Of a stretch of DNA of 59,660 bases, positions 48,945-57,285 are shown piece by piece. Where the stretch lies: contig PFLP01000027.1 in assembly GCA_002784625.1 (NCBI GenBank), positions 1 to 59,660 of the forward strand, read 5' to 3'. Each line of letters opens with the position of its first letter. The stretch's first letter is position 1. The DNA is from Candidatus Pacebacteria bacterium CG_4_10_14_0_8_um_filter_42_14 (GTDB lineage: Bacteria; Patescibacteriota; Microgenomatia; UBA1400; PJMF01). The notes below the pieces were generated by a model. The model was given only the letters and a program-made list of their open reading frames with translations, did no database searches and was not told where the DNA came from. The translations under genes and the position numbers were made by a program.

Positions 48945-49738
48945 CTGCTTGCGCTCGTGTAGCGCTCCAAGCATTTTTTCCAGATTATCAGGCTTACTCC
49001 TAATGACCCTACTCCAACGAGCAAGGTTCCCGCTATTTGTATTGATGGTTTTATTCCCATCAGAACTTGGGCGGGCACTGTTAGCATGAATCCGACTGGA
49101 ATAATGAAGAACAATGCAAATCTAAGCAAATCAGCATAGATGCTGATTGGAAATTTTCCCATACCTGTCAGATCTCTGTAGAGCCATACTAGGCCATCGA
49201 CTTGAGTGGTTATAATCGCAATTGAAACAATTAAGATATGCAGTGCAATTGCTATTAGTAAAGAGTTGATGCAGAGAAGTAGAAAGAGAAGCACATTTGA
49301 GATGCTCAAACTAATATCCAAAGTTGAGATAAGATAGCCGCTGACAATAGTTGCTGGTATAAGAAATATGATGTCATCTATATCGGGTTGGCCAGAAAGA
49401 ATTCTAAACAATGGGTTTAATGGTTTGATGAGGAGAAAGTCAAATTCTCCAGATCTCACTTGTTCACCAAAAGAATAGACGCCTCTCAGCAAGGCTTGAG
49501 TAGTTGAGTCAATAAAGTTGAAGACCAAGAAAAATACCACAACTTGGTCGCTGGTGTAGCCAGCGAAGGTTCGGATGTTATTTTTAATCAGAAACAAAAA
49601 TACCAACATAACTAAAAAACGGATAGTTTTTCCAGTCAGGAAAAGTGCATTCGTGGCTCGATTCACAAAAGCGATTTGTAGGGCATTTATAGCTACCTGT
49701 TTCCAAACGCGCCAGTAAACTTTAAATCTTATTTGCAT
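48941..49738 (-). CDS. ABC-2 type permease (ABC2_membrane_6/DUF990-like)
   Basis: VRSGEFDFLLIKPLNP, GKFPISIY, six TM helices. Confidence 0.88.
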   Translation of the reverse strand: MQIRFKVYWRVWKQVAINALQIAFVNRATNALFLTGKTIRFLVMLVFLFLIKNNIRTFAGYTSDQVVVFFLVFNFIDSTTQALLRGVYSFGEQVRSGEFDFLLIKPLNPLFRILSGQPDIDDIIFLIPATIVSGYLISTLDISLSISNVLLFLLLCINSLLIAIALHILIVSIAIITTQVDGLVWLYRDLTGMGKFPISIYADLLRFALFFIIPVGFMLTVPAQVLMGIKPSIQIAGTLLVGVGSLGVSLIIWKKCLERYTSASS

Positions 49739-50530
49739 TTATTGACCCGCTGCTTGGTAACTTCGTAAGCCTTTTTTCCAGAGAAGGTGATTAATGAATG
49801 ACAGTATACCTATCCAGCTGAGGAGAACGATTGAATGATGGAGTGTTTGAGTCATGTCTAGTTTCCCGAGAAACATTTGGGTTTGCATAAAAGATAGATA
49901 GGGAAAAGGGGTAAGAAACAACATATTCTGGATAATTTCAGGCATTATGTCCAGAGGAAACAACTTTCCTGCGCTAAAGTCAGCAAAAATGAAGAACAAG
50001 AACTTCGGCCCCCAGGTTTCGGGACTCCAGAATCCAAGAGTACCAAATAAAAGAGAGAAGATGAAATTTAGTATGACTCCCCCCATTGTCCAAATGATAA
50101 AAAGTATTAATTGACCTCCTTCAGGAAAAATAAGCACAGGTTTAAACAGAAAGAAAAGAACTAAACTTTCTATAATGACAAAGAAAACATTTTTGATCTT
50201 GTCGGCGATCTCCTCTGTTGAGAAGTATGAGAAAAGTGTAATAGGTTTAAGAAGGAGGAAGCTTATTTCGCCAGAGTAGACGCGGCTCGCAAGTCCATGC
50301 AGAGATGTTGCTAATATCATTCCTTGCAGAAAAGCAGCGATGAAAATATAGGTGATCATTTGGTCTTTGCTATAGCCAAACAGATCATTGCCTTGGGCAA
50401 AAATCACATTCCACACGGTTAAAGACATGAGAGAGTTTAAGAATTGTCTGAATCTCCACAGGGCGATGTCAGCTCTATAAACAAGTCCTTTCTGCCAGGA
50501 CAAACTTAAAATTCTCAGGTATTTTTTCAC
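49739..50530 (-). CDS. ABC-2 type permease (ABC2_membrane_6/DUF990-like)
   Basis: VYSGEISFLLLKP, AGKLFPLDIMP..LTPFPY, WKKGLRSYQAAG. Confidence 0.88.
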   Translation of the reverse strand: MKKYLRILSLSWQKGLVYRADIALWRFRQFLNSLMSLTVWNVIFAQGNDLFGYSKDQMITYIFIAAFLQGMILATSLHGLASRVYSGEISFLLLKPITLFSYFSTEEIADKIKNVFFVIIESLVLFFLFKPVLIFPEGGQLILFIIWTMGGVILNFIFSLLFGTLGFWSPETWGPKFLFFIFADFSAGKLFPLDIMPEIIQNMLFLTPFPYLSFMQTQMFLGKLDMTQTLHHSIVLLSWIGILSFINHLLWKKGLRSYQAAGQ

Positions 50531-51525
50531 AGGTGAAGACGATTCTCTTCTCCGAATACTTCTCTGATGATTGCCTCAAGGGGTATCTCTTCTATATTAA
50601 GATCGTGAATTGGTAGGTCGGTGAGCATGGTGGCCGCACGTTTAGTTGCTTCTTTGCGAGGAACTAACATGGTCGCTGTCGAACCTGTCCAGTTCTTAAC
50701 TATTCCATATTTTTCTAACAATTTCTTTTGAACTGGTTTGCTGAAGGCTAGGGACAGAATTTTGTTTCTCGCATACTTATCAATTAGATCTGACAACTGG
50801 CCATCAAAGACCTTCGCCCCGCGGTCAATCATAATTGCTCGCTCACAAAGCTCTTTGACATCATCCATGTAGTGACTGGTTAAAATAATTGTGGCTCCAA
50901 ATTCTTTGTTATACTGCCTAATAAAATCTCTGAGTGATTTCTGCATTACCACATCGAGACCGATAGTTGGCTCATCTAGAAACAGCACTTTTGGATTGTG
51001 AAGTAGGGAGGCGATGAGTTCGCACTTCATTCTTTGACCTAGAGATAGTTTACGCACTTGGATATTGATAATGTCTTTTACATCTAGAATCTCGATCAGT
51101 GCGTCGAGAGTATTTCTGAACTGTTTTTCCGGAACTTCGTAGATAGTCTGATTTAATAAAAATGTTTCCATGGCAGGCACGTCCCACCAGAGTTGATTCT
51201 TTTGGCCCATCACTAAAGAAAATTGTTTCTGAAAAGCAGCCTGTCTTTTCCATGGGTTATATCCCAAAACTGAAACTGAACCAGAAGTTTGATAGAGCAA
51301 TCCTGACAGGACTTTCAGAGTTGTAGTTTTTCCAGCTCCGTTTTGGCCAATAAATCCAACAATTTCTCCTTGCTCGATATCGAATGAAATGTCGTCGACA
51401 GCTTTAACCGTTTCGTACTCACGATGCCAAAGGGACTCAATGGAGCCCATGAAGCCTGGTTTCTTTTTATAAACCTTAAAGTGTTTCTTTAGGTGATCTA
51501 CTTTAACTGCTGGGATTGATGACAT
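50527..51525 (-). CDS. ABC transporter ATP-binding protein
   Basis: GQNGAGKTT, LSLGQRMK, LFLDEPTIGLD, TSHYM. Confidence 0.95.
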   Translation of the reverse strand: MSSIPAVKVDHLKKHFKVYKKKPGFMGSIESLWHREYETVKAVDDISFDIEQGEIVGFIGQNGAGKTTTLKVLSGLLYQTSGSVSVLGYNPWKRQAAFQKQFSLVMGQKNQLWWDVPAMETFLLNQTIYEVPEKQFRNTLDALIEILDVKDIINIQVRKLSLGQRMKCELIASLLHNPKVLFLDEPTIGLDVVMQKSLRDFIRQYNKEFGATIILTSHYMDDVKELCERAIMIDRGAKVFDGQLSDLIDKYARNKILSLAFSKPVQKKLLEKYGIVKNWTGSTATMLVPRKEATKRAATMLTDLPIHDLNIEEIPLEAIIREVFGEENRLHL

Positions 51526-51545
51526 AGTCCTCCATTATACCTGTC

Positions 51546-52340
51546 TTAACTACCTACACTGCTGTATTTTTTGATTGCGAATGAGAAGAAGGCGTTGGCG
51601 GCTAGCCCAGTCAAGACTGCGCTGATTAGTAGCCAGAAGATGATTGTCACATTCGATTTTCCGAGTAAAACCTCGCTGGGAACTGAGGCAATTAGACTCA
51701 AAGGTAGAAGTACCGTTAAGAGCAACGAAAGAACCCCAGAGAAAGTACTCCTTGGGACTTGAAGGATGCGTCTAAATCCGGGAATAATTTGGTTGATGTT
51801 GTCAAGTTTCTCAACCCAAAATGCTAGGGTGGCAATGATAAACCAGCAGCTATACATTAGTAAGAGCCCGGAGAGCAGTAAGATTACATAAAGAAACACC
51901 CCACCAAAAGAAACGCTGATGTTGAGTTTTATGAGTGAGTAGACGATTACGCTGATGCCGATTATGAGTCTGAAAATCCCATTATAAGAATTCTCTGTAG
52001 TGGTGAGGAGGAAAATGGTGTTGACTGGCTTAGTAAGTAAGTAATCTAGTTCTCCCTTAAAAATTTGTCTAGTGTAGTTGCTCATATTTTCGAAAAAGAA
52101 TGACCAAGTAAAGGCGTCAATGATAGTAAAGGTGCCAAGCAACAGATACATCTCATACTGATTCCAACCTGCTATGTTGCCACTAACTCGCAATATTAGA
52201 GAAAAAGCAAACAAATTAAAAATTGTCCAAAGTACAGAAACGAAAGACCAGAAGAAGAAATCGCCGCGATATTCCGTCATTTTCATTAATTGAATGCCTC
52301 GAAACTTCCAAAATAAATGCCAGTATTTGCCCAAACTCAT
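51546..52340 (-). CDS. ABC-2 type permease (ABC2_membrane_6/DUF990-like)
   Basis: EYRGDF, IFKGELDYLLTKPVN, KKYSSVGS. Confidence 0.88.
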   Translation of the reverse strand: MSLGKYWHLFWKFRGIQLMKMTEYRGDFFFWSFVSVLWTIFNLFAFSLILRVSGNIAGWNQYEMYLLLGTFTIIDAFTWSFFFENMSNYTRQIFKGELDYLLTKPVNTIFLLTTTENSYNGIFRLIIGISVIVYSLIKLNISVSFGGVFLYVILLLSGLLLMYSCWFIIATLAFWVEKLDNINQIIPGFRRILQVPRSTFSGVLSLLLTVLLPLSLIASVPSEVLLGKSNVTIIFWLLISAVLTGLAANAFFSFAIKKYSSVGS

Positions 52341-52343
52341 TGG

Positions 52344-53171
52344 TTAGCCTCCTGCTGATGCATAATGTTTAACACCTTTTTTCCAGACAAATAATACAGT
52401 CATGTACAAAGCAATGACAGACAGAGACACCATTAGCCAATCTGCCATTGTGGGCAGAGTAGCATCTTGAATCACAAATATTGGCAGGGCATAAAATACT
52501 TTGAACGGGAGAGCAAGGGTTAAAGTTCTTAGCCACTCAGGCATGAGAGGTAGGGGAATCAGGGTTCCGCTCAAGAGAGAGATGGATAGCCACTTAAAAT
52601 GAGATAGACCGCTGGCTCCCTCAAGCCAAAAGGCGCTAAGGGTGATTAGCATTGACAATAGAAGCTGTAGTAAATAGGCAATAAAGAGCAGCGTGATGAA
52701 AACTAACCAGTGGATGAGGCTTAGATTTGGTAATGAAAAAGAAGTGAACAATAATAGGAATCGATGAAATAAGATCATGATTGGAGCAAATATAATGACG
52801 TACAAAAATTTGGCAGCAACATCATTAACTACTAATTCTTTTAGATAAGAGTAGGGTTTAACAAGAAAAAAGTCGATTCTACCCATCCTAATTTCTGTTG
52901 GTCTATACTCTTCGAAATGAACGCTAGTTAGTCCTTGGATAATGATCACCAAAAAATAGAACAGCACAACGTCAGAAAAGCTTGTTTGCTGAATTTCAAT
53001 ATTGTCTCCAAAGATAGCTTTCCAGACAAATAGCATGATGGTAAACGGTAAGATATCAAGCAAAATCCAAATAATTAATTCAGTTCTCCACTGAAGAATA
53101 TTGATAAACTTGAAGCGAAGTAATTTGAGATAAGTTACGAGGGTATTTTTTATCATTAGTTGATCGAGCAT
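52344..53171 (-). CDS. ABC-2 type permease (ABC2_membrane_6/DUF990-like); start may be ATG 53156
   Basis: IRMGRIDFFLVKPYS, LSGTLIPLPLMPEW..LPF, WKKGVKHYASAGG. Confidence 0.88.
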   Translation of the reverse strand: MLDQLMIKNTLVTYLKLLRFKFINILQWRTELIIWILLDILPFTIMLFVWKAIFGDNIEIQQTSFSDVVLFYFLVIIIQGLTSVHFEEYRPTEIRMGRIDFFLVKPYSYLKELVVNDVAAKFLYVIIFAPIMILFHRFLLLFTSFSLPNLSLIHWLVFITLLFIAYLLQLLLSMLITLSAFWLEGASGLSHFKWLSISLLSGTLIPLPLMPEWLRTLTLALPFKVFYALPIFVIQDATLPTMADWLMVSLSVIALYMTVLFVWKKGVKHYASAGG

Positions 53172-53176
53172 AAACT

Positions 53177-53205
53177 AAAAACACCCTTCTTGCGAAGGGT
53201 GTTTT
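53177..53205 (-). terminator. Intrinsic terminator of the HU gene (could act in both directions)
   Basis: Minus strand AAAACACCCTTC-GCAA-GAAGGGTGTTTTT. Confidence 0.85.
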
Positions 53206-53228
53206 CTTTGTATCAATAATTATAGTAA

Positions 53229-53504
53229 TTACCAAACCTGTTTTTTAAGAGGTTTGCCTACTTTTAAGTTGACAACACGATGACTTTTGATGGTCTGTCG
53301 TTTTTTCTCATTGCCAAATGGGACAACTTGTTTGTCTTTGACAACACTTACGTAGAGCGTACCAATTCCAGAGATAACAACTTTATCTCCTTTAACTAGT
53401 GCTCGAGTAATCTCATCAAAGAGAGCGTTAACTGCGTCAGCAGATGCCTTCTTGGTAAGATGAGCTTTTTTTGCAACAACTGCAATAAGTTGTGACTTTG
53501 TCAT
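53229..53504 (-). CDS. hup: HU/IHF family DNA-binding protein (91 aa, divergent)
   Basis: MTKSQLIAVVAKKAHLTKK..GDKVVISGIGTL..KVGKPLKKQV; SD AAGGA before ATG 53504. Confidence 0.9.
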   Translation of the reverse strand: MTKSQLIAVVAKKAHLTKKASADAVNALFDEITRALVKGDKVVISGIGTLYVSVVKDKQVVPFGNEKKRQTIKSHRVVNLKVGKPLKKQVW

Positions 53505-53557
53505 GCTTTTTTCCTTTCGTATCAGCACAATAACCTGATAACGGGCCAGCAAAAACC

Positions 53558-53585
53558 AGTGTACTGGATGGATATACCAAGTCAA
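53558..53585 (-). promoter_or_regulatory. Promoter of the HU gene
   Basis: Minus strand TTGACT-16 nt-TACACT. Confidence 0.65.
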
Positions 53586-53600
53586 GTACTGAATCAACAA

Positions 53601-53984
53601 TTATAGGTACTTGTAGAGTTTTAGAAAGGCAATTGCAGCTCCGAGAGAATCAAAACCGACGTCTCGTAAGGTGCCATGCCTACCAAAAACAAATGATTGG
53701 TGAATCTCATCACTGGCTGCATAGAGCACGGTGAAGATCAGGGGCACAAGCCAGACAGAGTGAGAAGTATCTTGAGGTCTAGTAATTTTTTGGGCGCGAA
53801 AGAGTAGTAGATACATGATGGCGTAGGCGGTAATATGACCAGCTTTTTTAAAGAGAAAATCGGTAGTTTGGAGTGAAAAGCCAGGAATTACTTGTTGGCC
53901 AGAGACAATAAAAATTGCGATCGCCCAAATGATCACAGGAGAATAAGCAGAAACAAAAATAAAGTTTTTGTGAAGAAGTTTCAT
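53601..53984 (-). CDS. VanZ family membrane protein
   Basis: KKAGHITAYA, YAASDEIHQSFVFGRHGTLRDVGFDSLG; ATGA overlap with the upstream gene. Confidence 0.9.
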   Translation of the reverse strand: MKLLHKNFIFVSAYSPVIIWAIAIFIVSGQQVIPGFSLQTTDFLFKKAGHITAYAIMYLLLFRAQKITRPQDTSHSVWLVPLIFTVLYAASDEIHQSFVFGRHGTLRDVGFDSLGAAIAFLKLYKYL

Positions 53985-55168
53985 TTTCGAGCAAGCCAAC
54001 TACTGAGAGATACCAGGAAGCCTCCTAGTATAACATGGGGGAAGGGTTCACTTGATTGACTGGGAGGTTTTGGAGTCATTTCCGCCCCATCGGCTTCGGC
54101 GGTATTATTCTCTGGAAGTAGCTCAATAGAGGTGCTTTTGTAGTATGGGCGTACGAGTCGATGACTCGCGCCTAAGACTGGCGAAGTTGAATCTACAATT
54201 TTCGGAGGCGCTGCTTTATTTGTCTCAACTATTTTCTGAGTCGCCCCAGCGCTAGAGACGCTGGCTTCTTTAGAGGATGGTTTGCTATTTTTATAGCCAG
54301 GACTGGGCTCAGTCGGTTGCCACTCATTATTTAAAAGAACCAGAGACTTTCCGACTTTGCATTCTTCATATTTTGCTTTAGCAATTAACTGCCCAAAGTT
54401 AGTTGTTATAGAAAATTCATCACCGCTGTTGTTTAGAATGCTACTGGCCCACTCAAAAACTCCATAATTACCGGCTGGTATTTTTCCAGATAGGTTTCTA
54501 GTATTGCCAGAGTTATCAGTTAGAATCCAGTTTTCTAAAGTTATATCTTTTCCACTGAAAAGTTCTATCCACTCTACGTTTCCAGTATTTGGACAAGCCA
54601 TGATTTCGCTGAGACTAATTTGAGAAACATCGACGAGCTCGGTTTGGATTGCAACGGGTGTTTCTGCTGGTGGAGTCGCCTGTTCACTCTCTCCAATTAC
54701 TTCGACAGTTTCTTGGGCAAAAAATACACCAGCACTGGGAGTAGCCAGATAGACACTTGGATCAGAAAGAGAAGTCAGATTCCACGACATGCCTTTCTCA
54801 CTTGATGAGTAGCTCATTGCTGAAGCGGTAGCTTGCTGGTCGTTATAGAGAACAACAGTGTCGCCAGTGTTGTTGAGTTTGCTGCCCGAAATGGTGGCAA
54901 CGTAGGCAGTTAGGGGAGCAATCATGAGATCAGAGAATCTTACCAATAAACTCGGCTGCGAGAGGGTGTCGTAGAGACTAAATCCGCTTAAGTTGGCTGA
55001 CTGAGTAGCACTGTTGTAGATCTCAATCCATTCGGACTCGCCGGTATCAGGATTGGGATAGACTTCAGTGATTATAATTTGAGCTTCAACTTCTTTGACG
55101 ATCACTAGATAGAGAAACATGCCGCAGAGAAGCACCAACCAAAAAAGCAACCAGGGTCGAAGTGACAC
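53981..55168 (-). CDS. Secreted/anchored protein with two lamin-tail domains
   Basis: IIITEVYPNP..EWIEIYN..LNNTGD and ISLSEIMACP..EWIELF..LNNSGD; signal peptide; short C-terminal hydrophobic segment. Confidence 0.85.
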   Translation of the reverse strand: MSLRPWLLFWLVLLCGMFLYLVIVKEVEAQIIITEVYPNPDTGESEWIEIYNSATQSANLSGFSLYDTLSQPSLLVRFSDLMIAPLTAYVATISGSKLNNTGDTVVLYNDQQATASAMSYSSSEKGMSWNLTSLSDPSVYLATPSAGVFFAQETVEVIGESEQATPPAETPVAIQTELVDVSQISLSEIMACPNTGNVEWIELFSGKDITLENWILTDNSGNTRNLSGKIPAGNYGVFEWASSILNNSGDEFSITTNFGQLIAKAKYEECKVGKSLVLLNNEWQPTEPSPGYKNSKPSSKEASVSSAGATQKIVETNKAAPPKIVDSTSPVLGASHRLVRPYYKSTSIELLPENNTAEADGAEMTPKPPSQSSEPFPHVILGGFLVSLSSWLARK

Positions 55169-55207
55169 GACTTAAGTTTAAAGCGCCAAGCTTACAAGAA
55201 GCGTGAT

Positions 55208-56401
55208 TTAATAATTTACGTGAAGATAATAGGTGCTGATGCCGTCTGCTTGCTCGACTTTGACGTATCTGAGGTTGCCACCTCCACAAGCGATACTTCC
55301 TCTAGAAAGAACACCATTCTGGACTGCACGGACTCTGTAGTCTCCAGATTTACCAACCATGTCAATTCCAGTGTGAGGAGCACCACCATAAGCTCTACGA
55401 ACGCGAGCATAGTAGGTCATGCCATAACCCTGAGTGATTCTAGCAGCATCAAAAACAGGCCAGTCCCAGCCTCCCCCAAAGCCAAAAGATCCATCGGGAG
55501 AGTTGCTCCAGGCTATGTCGACTGAGGAGAGGTAGGCGGATGGATCTCTATTAACTTTATCTTTCACAACTTCAAAATGCAGATGAGTGCCTGTAGAGCA
55601 GACGCTAGATCCAGAAATAATACTGGCAATTACGTCACCTGCGGCAACATCCCCAACTTTGGATTCGCTACCTTTTCCTGCGATGATAGATTGAATGGCA
55701 TTGATTTCAGCCAGCGTTTTTGCAAGCGCTGCTTGATAAACAGATTCATTGTTTTTGGTTTCAGTTAATAAGTATTGTTGTTCAGTTCGCTGTTTGGCCA
55801 GGACATTTTGTTCTTTCTCGAGTTTTTCTTGCTTAATAGCAATTTCTTCTTGTTTCTGTTCTTTACTCGCCTTTTGTTCATCGTAAAGCAGTCGTTGCGA
55901 CTCGGCTCGTTCCATGGCAACTGCTGTTTGTTCGCGAGCTTGTTGCAAGTACTTTAGTTTGGAAAAGAATGATGAGGGAGAACCGTTTTTATCAAGAAGA
56001 AAAAGAATCGGATTAACTCGATGTTGTTTATATTCTTGCTGGACTCTCTCTACCAAGAGAGTTGTTAGCCGGTCAAGAGAAAGATTCAGGCCACCGATTC
56101 GCTGAGTAAGATCTGAGATCTGAGCCGTTAAAATTGAGATCTCAGACTCGGTTTGCTGGATCTGAATTTCTTGAATCTGTACTTTGCCATTAATGATGCT
56201 GATGGTGTTGGTGAGAGTAACGCGTTGCTGTTGAGTTTGATTTAAGTTGTCTTCAAGACATTTTTTCTTGTCTTCAAAACAAGTTAGATCCTCACCACCT
56301 GACTGACACTGAAATTCATCACAAGCGATGGCAAAAACTTCTGGAACACTGATACTAAGCGTGAATATGAGGATGAGTAAGAAGCTATATATTTTGCGCA
56401 T
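55208..56401 (-). CDS. Coiled-coil peptidoglycan endopeptidase with a circularly permuted M23 domain
   Basis: Signal peptide, long coiled coil, STGTHLHFEV located before HTGID and TYYLH; directly downstream of ftsX. Confidence 0.85.
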   Translation of the reverse strand: MRKIYSFLLILIFTLSISVPEVFAIACDEFQCQSGGEDLTCFEDKKKCLEDNLNQTQQQRVTLTNTISIINGKVQIQEIQIQQTESEISILTAQISDLTQRIGGLNLSLDRLTTLLVERVQQEYKQHRVNPILFLLDKNGSPSSFFSKLKYLQQAREQTAVAMERAESQRLLYDEQKASKEQKQEEIAIKQEKLEKEQNVLAKQRTEQQYLLTETKNNESVYQAALAKTLAEINAIQSIIAGKGSESKVGDVAAGDVIASIISGSSVCSTGTHLHFEVVKDKVNRDPSAYLSSVDIAWSNSPDGSFGFGGGWDWPVFDAARITQGYGMTYYARVRRAYGGAPHTGIDMVGKSGDYRVRAVQNGVLSRGSIACGGGNLRYVKVEQADGISTYYLHVNY

Positions 56402-56409
56402 CTGTCTAT

Positions 56410-57282
56410 TTATGAGCGATGGGCAAAGCGATTGACGGCAACACTACTAGCAAATGCCCCAAGAACTAAGCCGATAGCCACACCTATTCCAAGCTGTAGT
56501 AGTAAGAATGACATCGGAACTGGAAAAGAAATCATGCCAATAAAGAATGTCGTCAGAGTTGGAGTCAGGTATAAAAGAACCGCCACGGTTGCTGCCCAGC
56601 CAAGAATGGCTCCGAAAACGCCATAGAGAATGCCTTCGACGATGAACGGTTTATTGATATACCAGGCGGAGGCTCCAATTAGGCGCATGACAGAAACAGC
56701 ATACTTTTTATTGGCTGCCTTCATGGTGATAACGATGGTTATGGTTAGAAATGACACGAAGCTAAGAACTACCACATCGATCATACCGGCAGTTCTTAAA
56801 GCACTAGTCCAGTTGGCGAGTTGGTCAACTATATCCTGTTGAAAGATGACTTCGTCAACGTGGTCGGTTTTTGAAAGAGTTTCGGCGAGCTTTGTTAGAG
56901 TTCTTGGATCAGAAGCAGAGACTTCAATACTGGCTGGGAGAATGTCGGCCGTGACCAGCTCTAATAATAGGGGCGAGTCATCATATTCTTTCGCATAATC
57001 AGCCAATGCCTGTTCTTGAGTGATTAGCTTCACATCGGTGACGCTGGCGTCTTTAGAAATTTGATCTGCCAGAGCTTTAATATCCGCGGCTTCAGCGTCG
57101 AGATCGAAGAAAGCAATTACCTGAGGGGCTGTTTCGAAGTATCGGAGTACTAGGTCCGCACCAGATAGAATAAATGCCAGGCGAAAGCCAACGAAAAAGG
57201 TCACTGTCACCATCAGAAGAGCAGCCAAAGATTGATAAGGCGTTCGGCGAATAGTGGTTAGGGCTCCAGTTAGTGCGTTCAT
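56410..57282 (-). CDS. ftsX: Cell division permease FtsX
   Basis: LPASIEV, VMRLIGASAWYINKPFIVEG, four TM helices. Confidence 0.93.
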   Translation of the reverse strand: MNALTGALTTIRRTPYQSLAALLMVTVTFFVGFRLAFILSGADLVLRYFETAPQVIAFFDLDAEAADIKALADQISKDASVTDVKLITQEQALADYAKEYDDSPLLLELVTADILPASIEVSASDPRTLTKLAETLSKTDHVDEVIFQQDIVDQLANWTSALRTAGMIDVVVLSFVSFLTITIVITMKAANKKYAVSVMRLIGASAWYINKPFIVEGILYGVFGAILGWAATVAVLLYLTPTLTTFFIGMISFPVPMSFLLLQLGIGVAIGLVLGAFASSVAVNRFAHRS

Positions 57283-57285
57283 AGG

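Noticed and set aside
53601..53984. Glycopeptide resistance locus
   Set aside because: A lone VanZ-family gene without vanHAX/vanRS; such genes are widespread
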